From IMG/VR virus record IMGVR_UViG_2923344815_000006: DNA of 18,657 nt; one strand, given 5' to 3'. The position numbers and the translations under genes were made by a program. The notes under the pieces were generated by a model. The model made no database searches. It saw only the letters and a list, made by a program, of their open reading frames with translations, and was not told where the DNA came from. Shown here in pieces: positions 1-7,670 of this stretch. Numbering within the stretch: the stretch's first letter is position 1; each line of letters opens with the position of its first letter. The stretch is from a virus (lineage: Duplodnaviria; Heunggongvirae; Uroviricota; Caudoviricetes).

Positions 1-504
1 TTACTGATAGTGTTTTATGTTCAGATAATGCCCGATGACCTTGTCATGCAGCTCCACCGATTTTGAGAACGACAGTGACTTCCGTCCCAGCCTTGCCAGA
101 TGTTGTCTCAGATTCAGATTATGTCGCTCAATGCGCTGAGTGTAACGCTTGCTGATAACGTGCAGCTTTCCCTTCAGGCGTGATTCATACAGCGGCCAGC
201 CATCCGTCATCCATACCACGACCTCAAAGGCCGACAGCAGGCTCAGAAGACGCGCCAGTGTGGCCAGAGTGCGTTCACCGAAAACGTGCGCCACAACTGT
301 CCTCCGTATCCTGTCATACGCGTAAAACAGCCAGCGCTGACGTGATTTAGCACCGACGTAGCCCCACTGTTCGTCCATTTCCGCGCAGACAATCACATCA
401 CTGCCCGGTTGTATGCGCGAGGTTACCGACTGCGGCCTGAGTTTTTTAAGTGACGTAAAACCGTGTTGAGGCCAACGCCCATAATGCGGGCAGTTGCCCG
501 GCAT
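1..504 (-). CDS. insB: IS1 transposase InsB (made as InsAB fusion by frameshift)
   Basis: 167-aa translation recognised as IS1 InsB; overlaps insA in the -1 frame as in IS1. Confidence 0.9.
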   Translation of the reverse strand: MPGNCPHYGRWPQHGFTSLKKLRPQSVTSRIQPGSDVIVCAEMDEQWGYVGAKSRQRWLFYAYDRIRRTVVAHVFGERTLATLARLLSLLSAFEVVVWMTDGWPLYESRLKGKLHVISKRYTQRIERHNLNLRQHLARLGRKSLSFSKSVELHDKVIGHYLNIKHYQ

Positions 505-698
505 CCAACGCCATTCATGGCCATATCAATGATTTTCTGGTGCGTACCGGGTTGAGAAGCGGTGTAAGTGAACTGCAGTTGCCATGTTTTACGGCAGTGA
601 GAGCAGAGATAGCGCTGATGTCCGGCGGTGCTTTTGCCGTTACGCACCACCCCGTCAGTAGCTGAACAGGAGGGACAGCTGATAGAAACAGAAGCCAC
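423..698 (-). CDS. insA: IS1 protein InsA
   Basis: 91-aa translation ([23 protein letters not shown]...) recognised as IS1 InsA with zinc-finger cysteines. Confidence 0.9.
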   Translation of the reverse strand: MASVSISCPSCSATDGVVRNGKSTAGHQRYLCSHCRKTWQLQFTYTASQPGTHQKIIDMAMNGVGCRATARIMGVGLNTVLRHLKNSGRSR

Positions 699-912
699 TG
701 GAGCACCTCAAAAACACCATCATACACTAAATCAGTAAGTTGGCAGCATCACCCACCATGCAGATAGTTAGCAATTCTTTAGTATCTTTTCTGCTCACAC
801 CAACCCCCTTTAGCGTTGTTTAGAATGGCAATCATCATATATCCAAGACATGGCATTTGGTACATAGCTTGGGTCGGGATTTCAAATCCGATCCCCGTTG
901 ATGGGGCCGTTA

Positions 913-1290
913 CAGTACGCGCATATCCGCTTTATGTGAAACAGGAAGATTTTTCTGATATCACTGCCACAGCAAAACACCAATTTCGTGACCAGTACGC
1001 GCGCGAGGGGTATCAGTTGCAAAAATTTTGCAACTACGTCCGACCAGTACGCACACGATGGCGGGGGATACCATGAAACTGTTCTCTACACGAGACAGAG
1101 TGGTGGTGATGTGTTGATTATCGGCGTATATGCGCACAGGACGCGCTATGACGATGTTTTATGCGGGTACACCAATCACATGTATCTGATGTGATAAATC
1201 GTGTTACATGACATCTCATGTTGTGCTGGTGGTTATCACGACGTTCTGAATCTGGCCTTTGCCTGATATTTTGCGACAAGTACGCGCGCG
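913..1290. repeat. Cluster of four copies of a (C/A)AGTACGCGCGCG-like motif plus a perfect 19-bp palindrome, in a non-coding region
   Basis: Motif copies at 913-922, 992-1005, 1044-1057 and 1277-1290; palindrome GTTGCAAAAATTTTGCAAC at 1016-1034; only short overlapping ORFs in the region. Confidence 0.5.
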
Positions 1291-1622
1291 TAGCATCGAA
1301 ATTATCGGATGGCGTATGCTGCTGGCAATATGAAGACCGATAGTATTAACCGAAAAGCGATTAAGGAGTGCCAACTTTTCAGTAGAGAAACTAGCCAGCA
1401 TAGGAAAATGTAGAAATTACCCAATTAATAGGTAAAAGTTATTGACACAGCCTGTAGTGGATAACGATATGAATAAAAACCACATATAGTGGTTTTTCGT
1501 GAGTGATGATAGTATCTATGTTAGTTTCCTAAGTAACTGTGCATTGACATGTGGATAACTTCGGATAGAGTTACAGGCAACCGAGCCCGATCCTCTGTTT
1601 CTCCGCCGCCGATTTCAGGCAT

Positions 1623-2645
1623 GTGAGTTTCACGGTCGGGCCTTTTATTATCTTTTGTTTCGCCACTATGATTGCCGCAAAGCCTCATAAGGACTATCAC
1701 GAATTGCTAGGATTGCTACTTGAACGTGGCATGATTATCAATGATCGAAATCGTGCGATACGTAAGCTGTCGCAGGTTGGATATTATCGATTGTCAGGTT
1801 TTTGGTACCCATCAAGAATTATTGCGACAACAGATAAAGGTCTTTCGTACAGAACAGACCGATTTCTTGCTGGTACCAGTTTCGAGAAGACGTACGATCT
1901 ATATCTTTTTGACAAAAAACTGCGTCTTTTGATGATTGATGCTATCGAAAGAATAGAGATTCATGTTCGTTCAGTCATCGCGCATGAGGTTGGTCGCAAT
2001 GATCCACTTGCCTACATGTCATCAAAATACATTAATCCAAAATTCTCATCTGCCTTCGAGCATTGGGTGTATAAGCAAAAAGTAAAATTAGACGAAAGCA
2101 GAGATGACTGTATTGAATGGCATCGAAGCCAAGGCAAGGAGATTCCATTTTGGGTGGCGGTGGAGACCTGGGATTTTGGTCAGATGTCTAAATATTATGC
2201 GATGCTTAATGGTCATATGCAGGGGAAAATTATACGTCGTTTTGGCATTGATAATAAGCAGACATTTGCAAAATGGTTGAAGTGCCTTAATCTCATAAGG
2301 AATCGTTGCGCTCACCATTCCAGAATATGGAATAGAAAGCATCCCCGAGTTCCAGTACCGGATAATGAATACTTTGACGGACTTAATCTCCATCCAGAGA
2401 GTTGCGAGAGGATTTTTAGCGCGATCTGTATTATCTGGTACTTAGTTAAACGACTTGGTCCGGGATCAACATGGCTTCGGCAAATTGCAGACCTTATTGA
2501 CTCTAAACCAAATGTTCCCGGATGTGGATATGATTCAATGGGTTTACCTGCTAAAGGATTCCCACGAGAGAGATTCTCTCAGGACTTAGGTTTTGTTATC
2601 GCCGACAACGACCCTGTAGCTGAAGGGCGGAAAGGGAGCGATTGA
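1623..2645 (+). CDS. Abi_2 family abortive-infection protein (AbiD/AbiF-like)
   Basis: N-terminal YHELLGLLLERGMII...YYRLSGFWYP and the RNRCAHHSRIWN motif are typical of the Abi_2 family; visibly AT-rich. Start uncertain (1623 or ATG at 1666). Confidence 0.75.
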   Translation: MSFTVGPFIIFCFATMIAAKPHKDYHELLGLLLERGMIINDRNRAIRKLSQVGYYRLSGFWYPSRIIATTDKGLSYRTDRFLAGTSFEKTYDLYLFDKKLRLLMIDAIERIEIHVRSVIAHEVGRNDPLAYMSSKYINPKFSSAFEHWVYKQKVKLDESRDDCIEWHRSQGKEIPFWVAVETWDFGQMSKYYAMLNGHMQGKIIRRFGIDNKQTFAKWLKCLNLIRNRCAHHSRIWNRKHPRVPVPDNEYFDGLNLHPESCERIFSAICIIWYLVKRLGPGSTWLRQIADLIDSKPNVPGCGYDSMGLPAKGFPRERFSQDLGFVIADNDPVAEGRKGSD

Positions 2646-2674
2646 GCGATAAATATCATTTATACACTGATCAA

Positions 2675-3115
2675 TTACTGAAGCAGCGTATTGATTCTTT
2701 TAATATTGTTACCCTGACGCTTCCACGCGCTGTAAATGTCTTTATCCCACGCTTTACCAGCTTTTGTTTGGTAGCCTGCTTCATTGAGCCGTTCCGCTAT
2801 CACACGCCCATTATCAAATCCCTGTCGGATGGTATCGGCAATGATCTTTATAACTGCCGTTTCGTTATATGGCTTTGGTGGGATGTTCGGCTTTCCGGCA
2901 ATAAGCGACGCAGCGGCTTTTTCCATGCGCTCCACCAGCCCAAGCATTCGTGAATCAATAGACTTTTCCGGCTGTCCCAGCTTCATGCGAATCGCATCAA
3001 CAAGCCAGGAGGTTTTATCCCCTCCAGAAGCGAGAACAGACCGATTAAACTCATCCTGCAATTCAGATGGGATGCGGAACGCGACCAGATTAGATTTGCT
3101 CATTGCAAAGACCAT
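2675..3115 (-). CDS. Hypothetical DNA-binding protein (RHH-like N-terminus; C-terminal LNEAGYQTKAGKAW recombinase-domain-like motif)
   Basis: 146-aa ORF convergent with the Abi gene, ending next to iteron block A; alternative ATG at 3103 (MSKSNL...). Confidence 0.55.
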   Translation of the reverse strand: MVFAMSKSNLVAFRIPSELQDEFNRSVLASGGDKTSWLVDAIRMKLGQPEKSIDSRMLGLVERMEKAAASLIAGKPNIPPKPYNETAVIKIIADTIRQGFDNGRVIAERLNEAGYQTKAGKAWDKDIYSAWKRQGNNIKRINTLLQ

Positions 3116-3216
3116 ATCAGTGAGTAATATCCATACAGTATACCACTGTATAACACTGTTATACGCTCAAATATCAGCCAGAAAATAACGGACCAATCAC
3201 AAAGCTATCGCTGTGT

Positions 3217-3338
3217 TGTTGGTTCAGAGCTGGGCTGTGTTGGTTCAAAATGAGTTGATGTTGGTTCAATATTTCAGAAAAAACACAATAAAAACAACGA
3301 TCTTTACAAATTGAACCAACTGAACCAACTGAACCAAC
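3217..3338. repeat. Iteron block A (origin-like): 3 direct TGTTGGTTCA repeats, AT-rich spacer, 3 tandem TGAACCAAC repeats
   Basis: Direct repeats at 3217, 3238 and 3259 (21-bp spacing); tandem inverse-orientation repeats at 3312-3338; near-identical block at 10049-10160. Confidence 0.8.
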
Positions 3339-3374
3339 ACCTTTTTGCTTATCTATATAATCTGAGAGGCAGAA

Positions 3375-3662
3375 ATGATAAGGGACAGGAAAGCTGAAGA
3401 ACTGGAGTCAAAAGGGCTATACCGGAGAGCTGCCGCACGATGGGCAGAAGTCATGATGCTGGCAGATGGCGATAAAGAACGTGAACATGCAGCAAACAGA
3501 CGCTCTGAATGTATCCGTAAGGCGGCACGCCCACCAGCAACTACAGACAGATTCGGAGATTTAAGACAGGCAGTTAAGCGGACTCATTCGGCTCTTGGTA
3601 TGGATGAGGAAGCGAGAGGGTATTTCAGGCGTTATCGCGATAAAGATTGCCAGAGACAGTAA
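3375..3662 (+). CDS. PerC-family transcriptional regulator-like protein
   Basis: 95-aa ORF; ELESKGLYRRAAARWAEVMM...RRSECIRKA resembles the PerC family common in E. coli prophages; GAGAGG Shine-Dalgarno upstream. Confidence 0.6.
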   Translation: MIRDRKAEELESKGLYRRAAARWAEVMMLADGDKEREHAANRRSECIRKAARPPATTDRFGDLRQAVKRTHSALGMDEEARGYFRRYRDKDCQRQ

Positions 3663-3920
3663 TGCTCTCTCTGTTTTGGCAAATTACCCCTCACTTTGAA
3701 GGGATCGGAGCTATAAAAATGGTGTTATCCGGCTTCCTGCATTGCAGGTTTTCGAAAGAATCAATGGGTTAGGTTATCGTGCAAATTTGCACTCTGCCAG
3801 CCAACGCAATTTCTCGTTGGCGGAAATATCAGGTATTTACTGAACGAACGGTCTACCCGCCTGTTCAACTACCAGTTGTACATGGCTGCTTTATGTGCAA
3901 ATGGTGGTGAGAGAAAATTG

Positions 3921-4022
3921 TTTGGGGGTACTTTTGGGGGTATCTCCAAAGATGTAACTGGAAAATGTCTTTATATATCAATGTATTTTTATTGTTTGTT
4001 TTGTTCCTATTATCGCACCATT
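3921..4022 (+). other. Distal att junction of the integrative element (arm-type sites plus imperfect core copy), inverted relative to thrW
   Basis: TTTGGGGGTACTTTTGGGGGTAT (3921-3943) matches rc of 17079-17104 next to the integrase gene; TCCTATTATCGCACCA (4005-4020) matches the tRNA 3-prime end with one 1-nt gap. Confidence 0.6.
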
Positions 4023-4254
4023 AAAATCAAAGAGTTACCCCATATTTAAATACACCACGTTTCCTCCTGTGCCGTATTTGTGCCATTGTAACCTTGGCAA
4101 TTCATCAAAATACTGTTCTGACATCAGGCAGTGCAGGTGCAGACATTTAAGCCAATTGCTGCCGCCATTCTTTGACGTAGTCAATCAGGGCGCGGAGCTG
4201 GTGATGCTGCCAACTTACTGATTTAGTGTATGATGGTGTTTTTGAGGTGCTCCA

Positions 4255-4530
4255 GTGGCTTCTGTTTCTATCAGCTGTCCCTCCTGTTCAGCTACTGACG
4301 GGGTGGTGCGTAACGGCAAAAGCACCGCCGGACATCAGCGCTATCTCTGCTCTCACTGCCGTAAAACATGGCAACTGCAGTTCACTTACACCGCTTCTCA
4401 ACCCGGTACGCACCAGAAAATCATTGATATGGCCATGAATGGCGTTGGATGCCGGGCAACTGCCCGCATTATGGGCGTTGGCCTCAACACGGTTTTACGT
4501 CACTTAAAAAACTCAGGCCGCAGTCGGTAA
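4255..4530 (+). CDS. insA: IS1 protein InsA
   Basis: Translation identical to the InsA ORF of copy 1. Confidence 0.9.
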   Translation: MASVSISCPSCSATDGVVRNGKSTAGHQRYLCSHCRKTWQLQFTYTASQPGTHQKIIDMAMNGVGCRATARIMGVGLNTVLRHLKNSGRSR

Positions 4531-4952
4531 CCTCGCGCATACAACCGGGCAGTGATGTGATTGTCTGCGCGGAAATGGACGAACAGTGGGGCTACGTCGG
4601 TGCTAAATCACGTCAGCGCTGGCTGTTTTACGCGTATGACAGGATACGGAGGACAGTTGTGGCGCACGTTTTCGGTGAACGCACTCTGGCCACACTGGCG
4701 CGTCTTCTGAGCCTGCTGTCGGCCTTTGAGGTCGTGGTATGGATGACGGATGGCTGGCCGCTGTATGAATCACGCCTGAAGGGAAAGCTGCACGTTATCA
4801 GCAAGCGTTACACTCAGCGCATTGAGCGACATAATCTGAATCTGAGACAACATCTGGCAAGGCTGGGACGGAAGTCACTGTCGTTCTCAAAATCGGTGGA
4901 GCTGCATGACAAGGTCATCGGGCATTATCTGAACATAAAACACTATCAGTAA
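4449..4952 (+). CDS. insB: IS1 transposase InsB
   Basis: Translation identical to the InsB ORF of copy 1. Confidence 0.9.
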   Translation: MPGNCPHYGRWPQHGFTSLKKLRPQSVTSRIQPGSDVIVCAEMDEQWGYVGAKSRQRWLFYAYDRIRRTVVAHVFGERTLATLARLLSLLSAFEVVVWMTDGWPLYESRLKGKLHVISKRYTQRIERHNLNLRQHLARLGRKSLSFSKSVELHDKVIGHYLNIKHYQ

Positions 4953-4970
4953 GTTGGAGTCACTACCTGC

Positions 4971-5546
4971 ATGGTGTACTTTTCAATTTATTTTTGTGCA
5001 TACATGGTAGTCCCAGATGAGTTTGAACATGGCAGTATTATTTATTCCATAACATTCTATTTTTTAGAGCTAACACCAATTTTGGCTATCCTTTTGGCAA
5101 TACATATTTATTTTTCCTTAAAAAAAGAATCGACTAATTGGGAGAAGGTATGGAGAGACAGAGGATTTCTAACATCACCTAAAGATGATGCATATGAGAG
5201 TGATTTTTCTGACTTTATAACAAACTACTACTCCAGCGAACAATTCAAAAATAGACTGTCTGATGTTTGGGAAACAGCAATGTATTCCATAGGGATTATA
5301 TTATTGATACTTACTGGTATCGCTCAATATGTTTTTAACATTGACTTATCATTAAATCCTGAAAATTTAATATCGCCATTGATTTTTGGTGAGATATTGA
5401 TCTTCTCATTCGGAATTTTCTTGAGTGTTGTTCTCTGCTCATTATGCAAACTACTGACTAACAGGTATCCAGGTGAAGCAAGGAGAGCAAGAAAGGCAAA
5501 TCCATATTATCTTTTATTTCCTAATGGAGACAGCAGAGATATCTAA
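4971..5546 (+). CDS. Small integral membrane protein (3-4 predicted TM helices), 5-prime end disrupted by IS1
   Basis: 191-aa AT-rich ORF with hydrophobic stretches at about residues 1-13, 23-50, 103-122 and 133-162; starts 4 bp after the IS1 end; its predicted original start and first 15 codons lie at 798..754 on the minus strand. Confidence 0.6.
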   Translation: MVYFSIYFCAYMVVPDEFEHGSIIYSITFYFLELTPILAILLAIHIYFSLKKESTNWEKVWRDRGFLTSPKDDAYESDFSDFITNYYSSEQFKNRLSDVWETAMYSIGIILLILTGIAQYVFNIDLSLNPENLISPLIFGEILIFSFGIFLSVVLCSLCKLLTNRYPGEARRARKANPYYLLFPNGDSRDI

Positions 5547-5564
5547 GCCATCCATGGCTACCAG

Positions 5565-7670
5565 TTATTGAGCTTCTTTTTGTGATGCCTGTGCGACTCT
5601 GGTGAGCGATTGTGTGACCGTACTGATCGCTCTGTCATATGCTGTGCTACCTTTTGGCGTATTTGCCAGACGTAACAAGGCATTTCGTATAACAGGGCTT
5701 TCGTATGCCTTCGCTGCTCCGCCTACGGCACCAGCAGCAGGAACAACAAACGCAGCCGTTTTTAGCATCCCCGCTAATACTGCTGCGTTTATGATGCCAC
5801 CACCAACTAACAATCCATAAAGCTGCTGACCATTTAAGTTTTGAACGTTCGCTTTTGCCGCGTGTCTTGTATCGTTGAGGTATTTAATAACGCCGTCCAG
5901 TTCCTTTCCATGTACGCCTTTAAAGAAAGTTGCTGATTGCTTCCTGTTCCGGTGTAACGCATTAATAAACTTCTCAACACTGATATTTCCAGACGGATCA
6001 GTCGCCTTATCTACAGCATTCTGAACTATGGCTGCTCGTGCGTTTTGCCTACCATTGTCATCCAGAAGCCTGTAAAGCTGAGAACGTTCTGATGGGCTTT
6101 GGCTAAAAACGAGTTTTGTTACATCCTCAGGCGTGGCCTTGCCGCTGGCTATTGCCTTTTGAACGCGCGTTCTTCCCATCATGTCATTGAATTTAGACCA
6201 TGAGCGATCAACCCTTGCCATATTAATGGCTTCGTCTGCTCCAAGATTTTTGGCTACGGCTTTTTTCATATCCGCCGTATATGCCTTGTAGATAATATCG
6301 CTGGCTTTCTGGAGCGTATCTTTATCAACAGTGTCAGATGACGCCATAAATCGCTTTCGAAGATCGGTTCTGTTTTCCCTCGCCAGACGCAGGTCATTTG
6401 GTCCGCTGGTGATATCGTCTTTAAATTGCTGCAAGACTTTTACCGCGGCTCTATCCTGAGATTTGCCCGGGCGGCTTAACACGGCAATCTGATTGTCGAT
6501 AGCTTTTACCGTGTTTGAGAGATCGACAGGGGTATCCCCCATAGCGTCAATTATGCGGTTATATCGCTTTCCTGCTGCCTCAATGAATTTTTGTTGCCCT
6601 TTAGTCGCAGATTCATAAAGCTGTTTATCAGAAATGCCACCCAGACCATCGCTAAATGTTCTGACTAAATTTTCTCGTGCTTGTTGTTGATTCAGCCGAT
6701 TCTTACCGGTTCCAAAAAAAGGAACTCTTTCGCCTAATGTCTGAGCCTGACTCTGCATAAAGGTTTTATCTTTCAGCATGTCACTGGTCATTAACGGCAG
6801 ATTTCTTTCCGATGCAAAGTCGACAGCAGCCTTTGCTTCAGGCGACATATCACCACGAACAGCCCTCGAAACCGCACTCGCTGTATTTTCCAGCCCCTTA
6901 CCAATACCACCAATGCCAGCAGAAATTACCGTTTGTAACGGATCAATATCTTCTCCACCAGCAAGACTGGTGGCTCCCTGTAGTGCTAAATCTGTAGCTG
7001 CTGATTTTCCTATGGCACTAAGCACCGTTCCAGCCCTGCCCGCTGGTGTAAACGCCAACGCATTAGCAAGAAACGAGGTCAGGTCTTGCGGTGATAAACC
7101 CGGCTTGTTCAGGGCATAATCACCTGATGGCAGAGAAACGATAGTATTCCCCTTCTCATCCTGCCTTAATGTCGCCCCCATTCCCTGAAGAATCTTTTCC
7201 TGAGACGCGTCAGAGCCGAAAAGTTGAGACCATCCAGCCTTTAGGGCATCCATGCTTAGTGAGTTCAATTCTGGGGCAGAGGCGACATTTTGCAGTCTCT
7301 CCATCTCTGGAGTCATTCGGCTTTCGCCTGTTATAGCATCGCGCATCGCAGCCCCAAGACTGGCTCCCTGTTCTGCTGAACGCTCAAGCCCCTCTCTTTG
7401 CTGAGTAGCTAACTTTGCATACCCTGACGCAAGAGAATTATCAGATGATGTATGTTGAATATTTTGAGTTGCTGATTGGGATCGGTCTATTTCATTCGTT
7501 GATGGTAGTGGATAGGCAGCATAAAAAGCCTGCTTAGCCTGCTCTACACTTTCTCCGGCTTGCGGGGCCACGACTTCATTGAAGTATTGCTCCTGAGCCT
7601 GCGCTTTTTGTTCTGGTGCTAACGCCTGATACTGTGGAGAGGCGATAACATCTTTCCATGCTTTAGCCAT
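5565..7670 (-). CDS. Uncharacterised 701-aa Ala/Gln/Ser-rich protein with C-terminal hydrophobic Gly/Ala-rich segment
   Basis: Long ORF coupled to the upstream gene by a TAATG stop-start overlap; no enzymatic motif I recognise; hydrophobic segment LYGLLVGGGIINAAVLAGMLKTAAFVVPAAGAVGGAAKAY near the C-terminus. Confidence 0.7.
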   Translation of the reverse strand: MAKAWKDVIASPQYQALAPEQKAQAQEQYFNEVVAPQAGESVEQAKQAFYAAYPLPSTNEIDRSQSATQNIQHTSSDNSLASGYAKLATQQREGLERSAEQGASLGAAMRDAITGESRMTPEMERLQNVASAPELNSLSMDALKAGWSQLFGSDASQEKILQGMGATLRQDEKGNTIVSLPSGDYALNKPGLSPQDLTSFLANALAFTPAGRAGTVLSAIGKSAATDLALQGATSLAGGEDIDPLQTVISAGIGGIGKGLENTASAVSRAVRGDMSPEAKAAVDFASERNLPLMTSDMLKDKTFMQSQAQTLGERVPFFGTGKNRLNQQQARENLVRTFSDGLGGISDKQLYESATKGQQKFIEAAGKRYNRIIDAMGDTPVDLSNTVKAIDNQIAVLSRPGKSQDRAAVKVLQQFKDDITSGPNDLRLARENRTDLRKRFMASSDTVDKDTLQKASDIIYKAYTADMKKAVAKNLGADEAINMARVDRSWSKFNDMMGRTRVQKAIASGKATPEDVTKLVFSQSPSERSQLYRLLDDNGRQNARAAIVQNAVDKATDPSGNISVEKFINALHRNRKQSATFFKGVHGKELDGVIKYLNDTRHAAKANVQNLNGQQLYGLLVGGGIINAAVLAGMLKTAAFVVPAAGAVGGAAKAYESPVIRNALLRLANTPKGSTAYDRAISTVTQSLTRVAQASQKEAQ

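Larger units (their letters stand above)
1..753 (-). mobile_element. IS1 insertion sequence, copy 1 (partial; outer end lies beyond window start)
   Basis: InsA and InsB ORFs in IS1 arrangement; inner terminal inverted repeat (rc of GGTGATGCTGCCAACTTACTGAT) ends at 753; window begins a few bp inside the other terminal repeat. Confidence 0.9.
4200..4967 (+). mobile_element. IS1 insertion sequence, copy 2 (complete, 768 bp)
   Basis: Starts GGTGATGCTGCCAACTTACTGAT, ends ...GGAGTCACTACC; InsA and InsB translations identical to copy 1; inverted relative to copy 1. Confidence 0.95.

Noticed and set aside
816-1401. ORFs 816..1076 (+), 988..1194 (+) and 1216..1401 (-) in the region upstream of the Abi gene
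   Set aside because: Short, mutually overlapping, without convincing ribosome-binding sites, and sitting in a repeat- and palindrome-rich tract; more likely non-coding.
3217-3338. Iteron blocks as possible CRISPR arrays
   Set aside because: Repeat units are only 9-10 bp with no uniform spacers; the organisation is direct plus inverse iterons typical of replication origins.
754-4967. IS1-flanked segment as a composite transposon carrying the Abi gene
   Set aside because: The swapped inverted 9-bp flank pattern and the inverted att junction inside the segment fit an inversion between two independent IS1 copies better than a composite transposon insertion.
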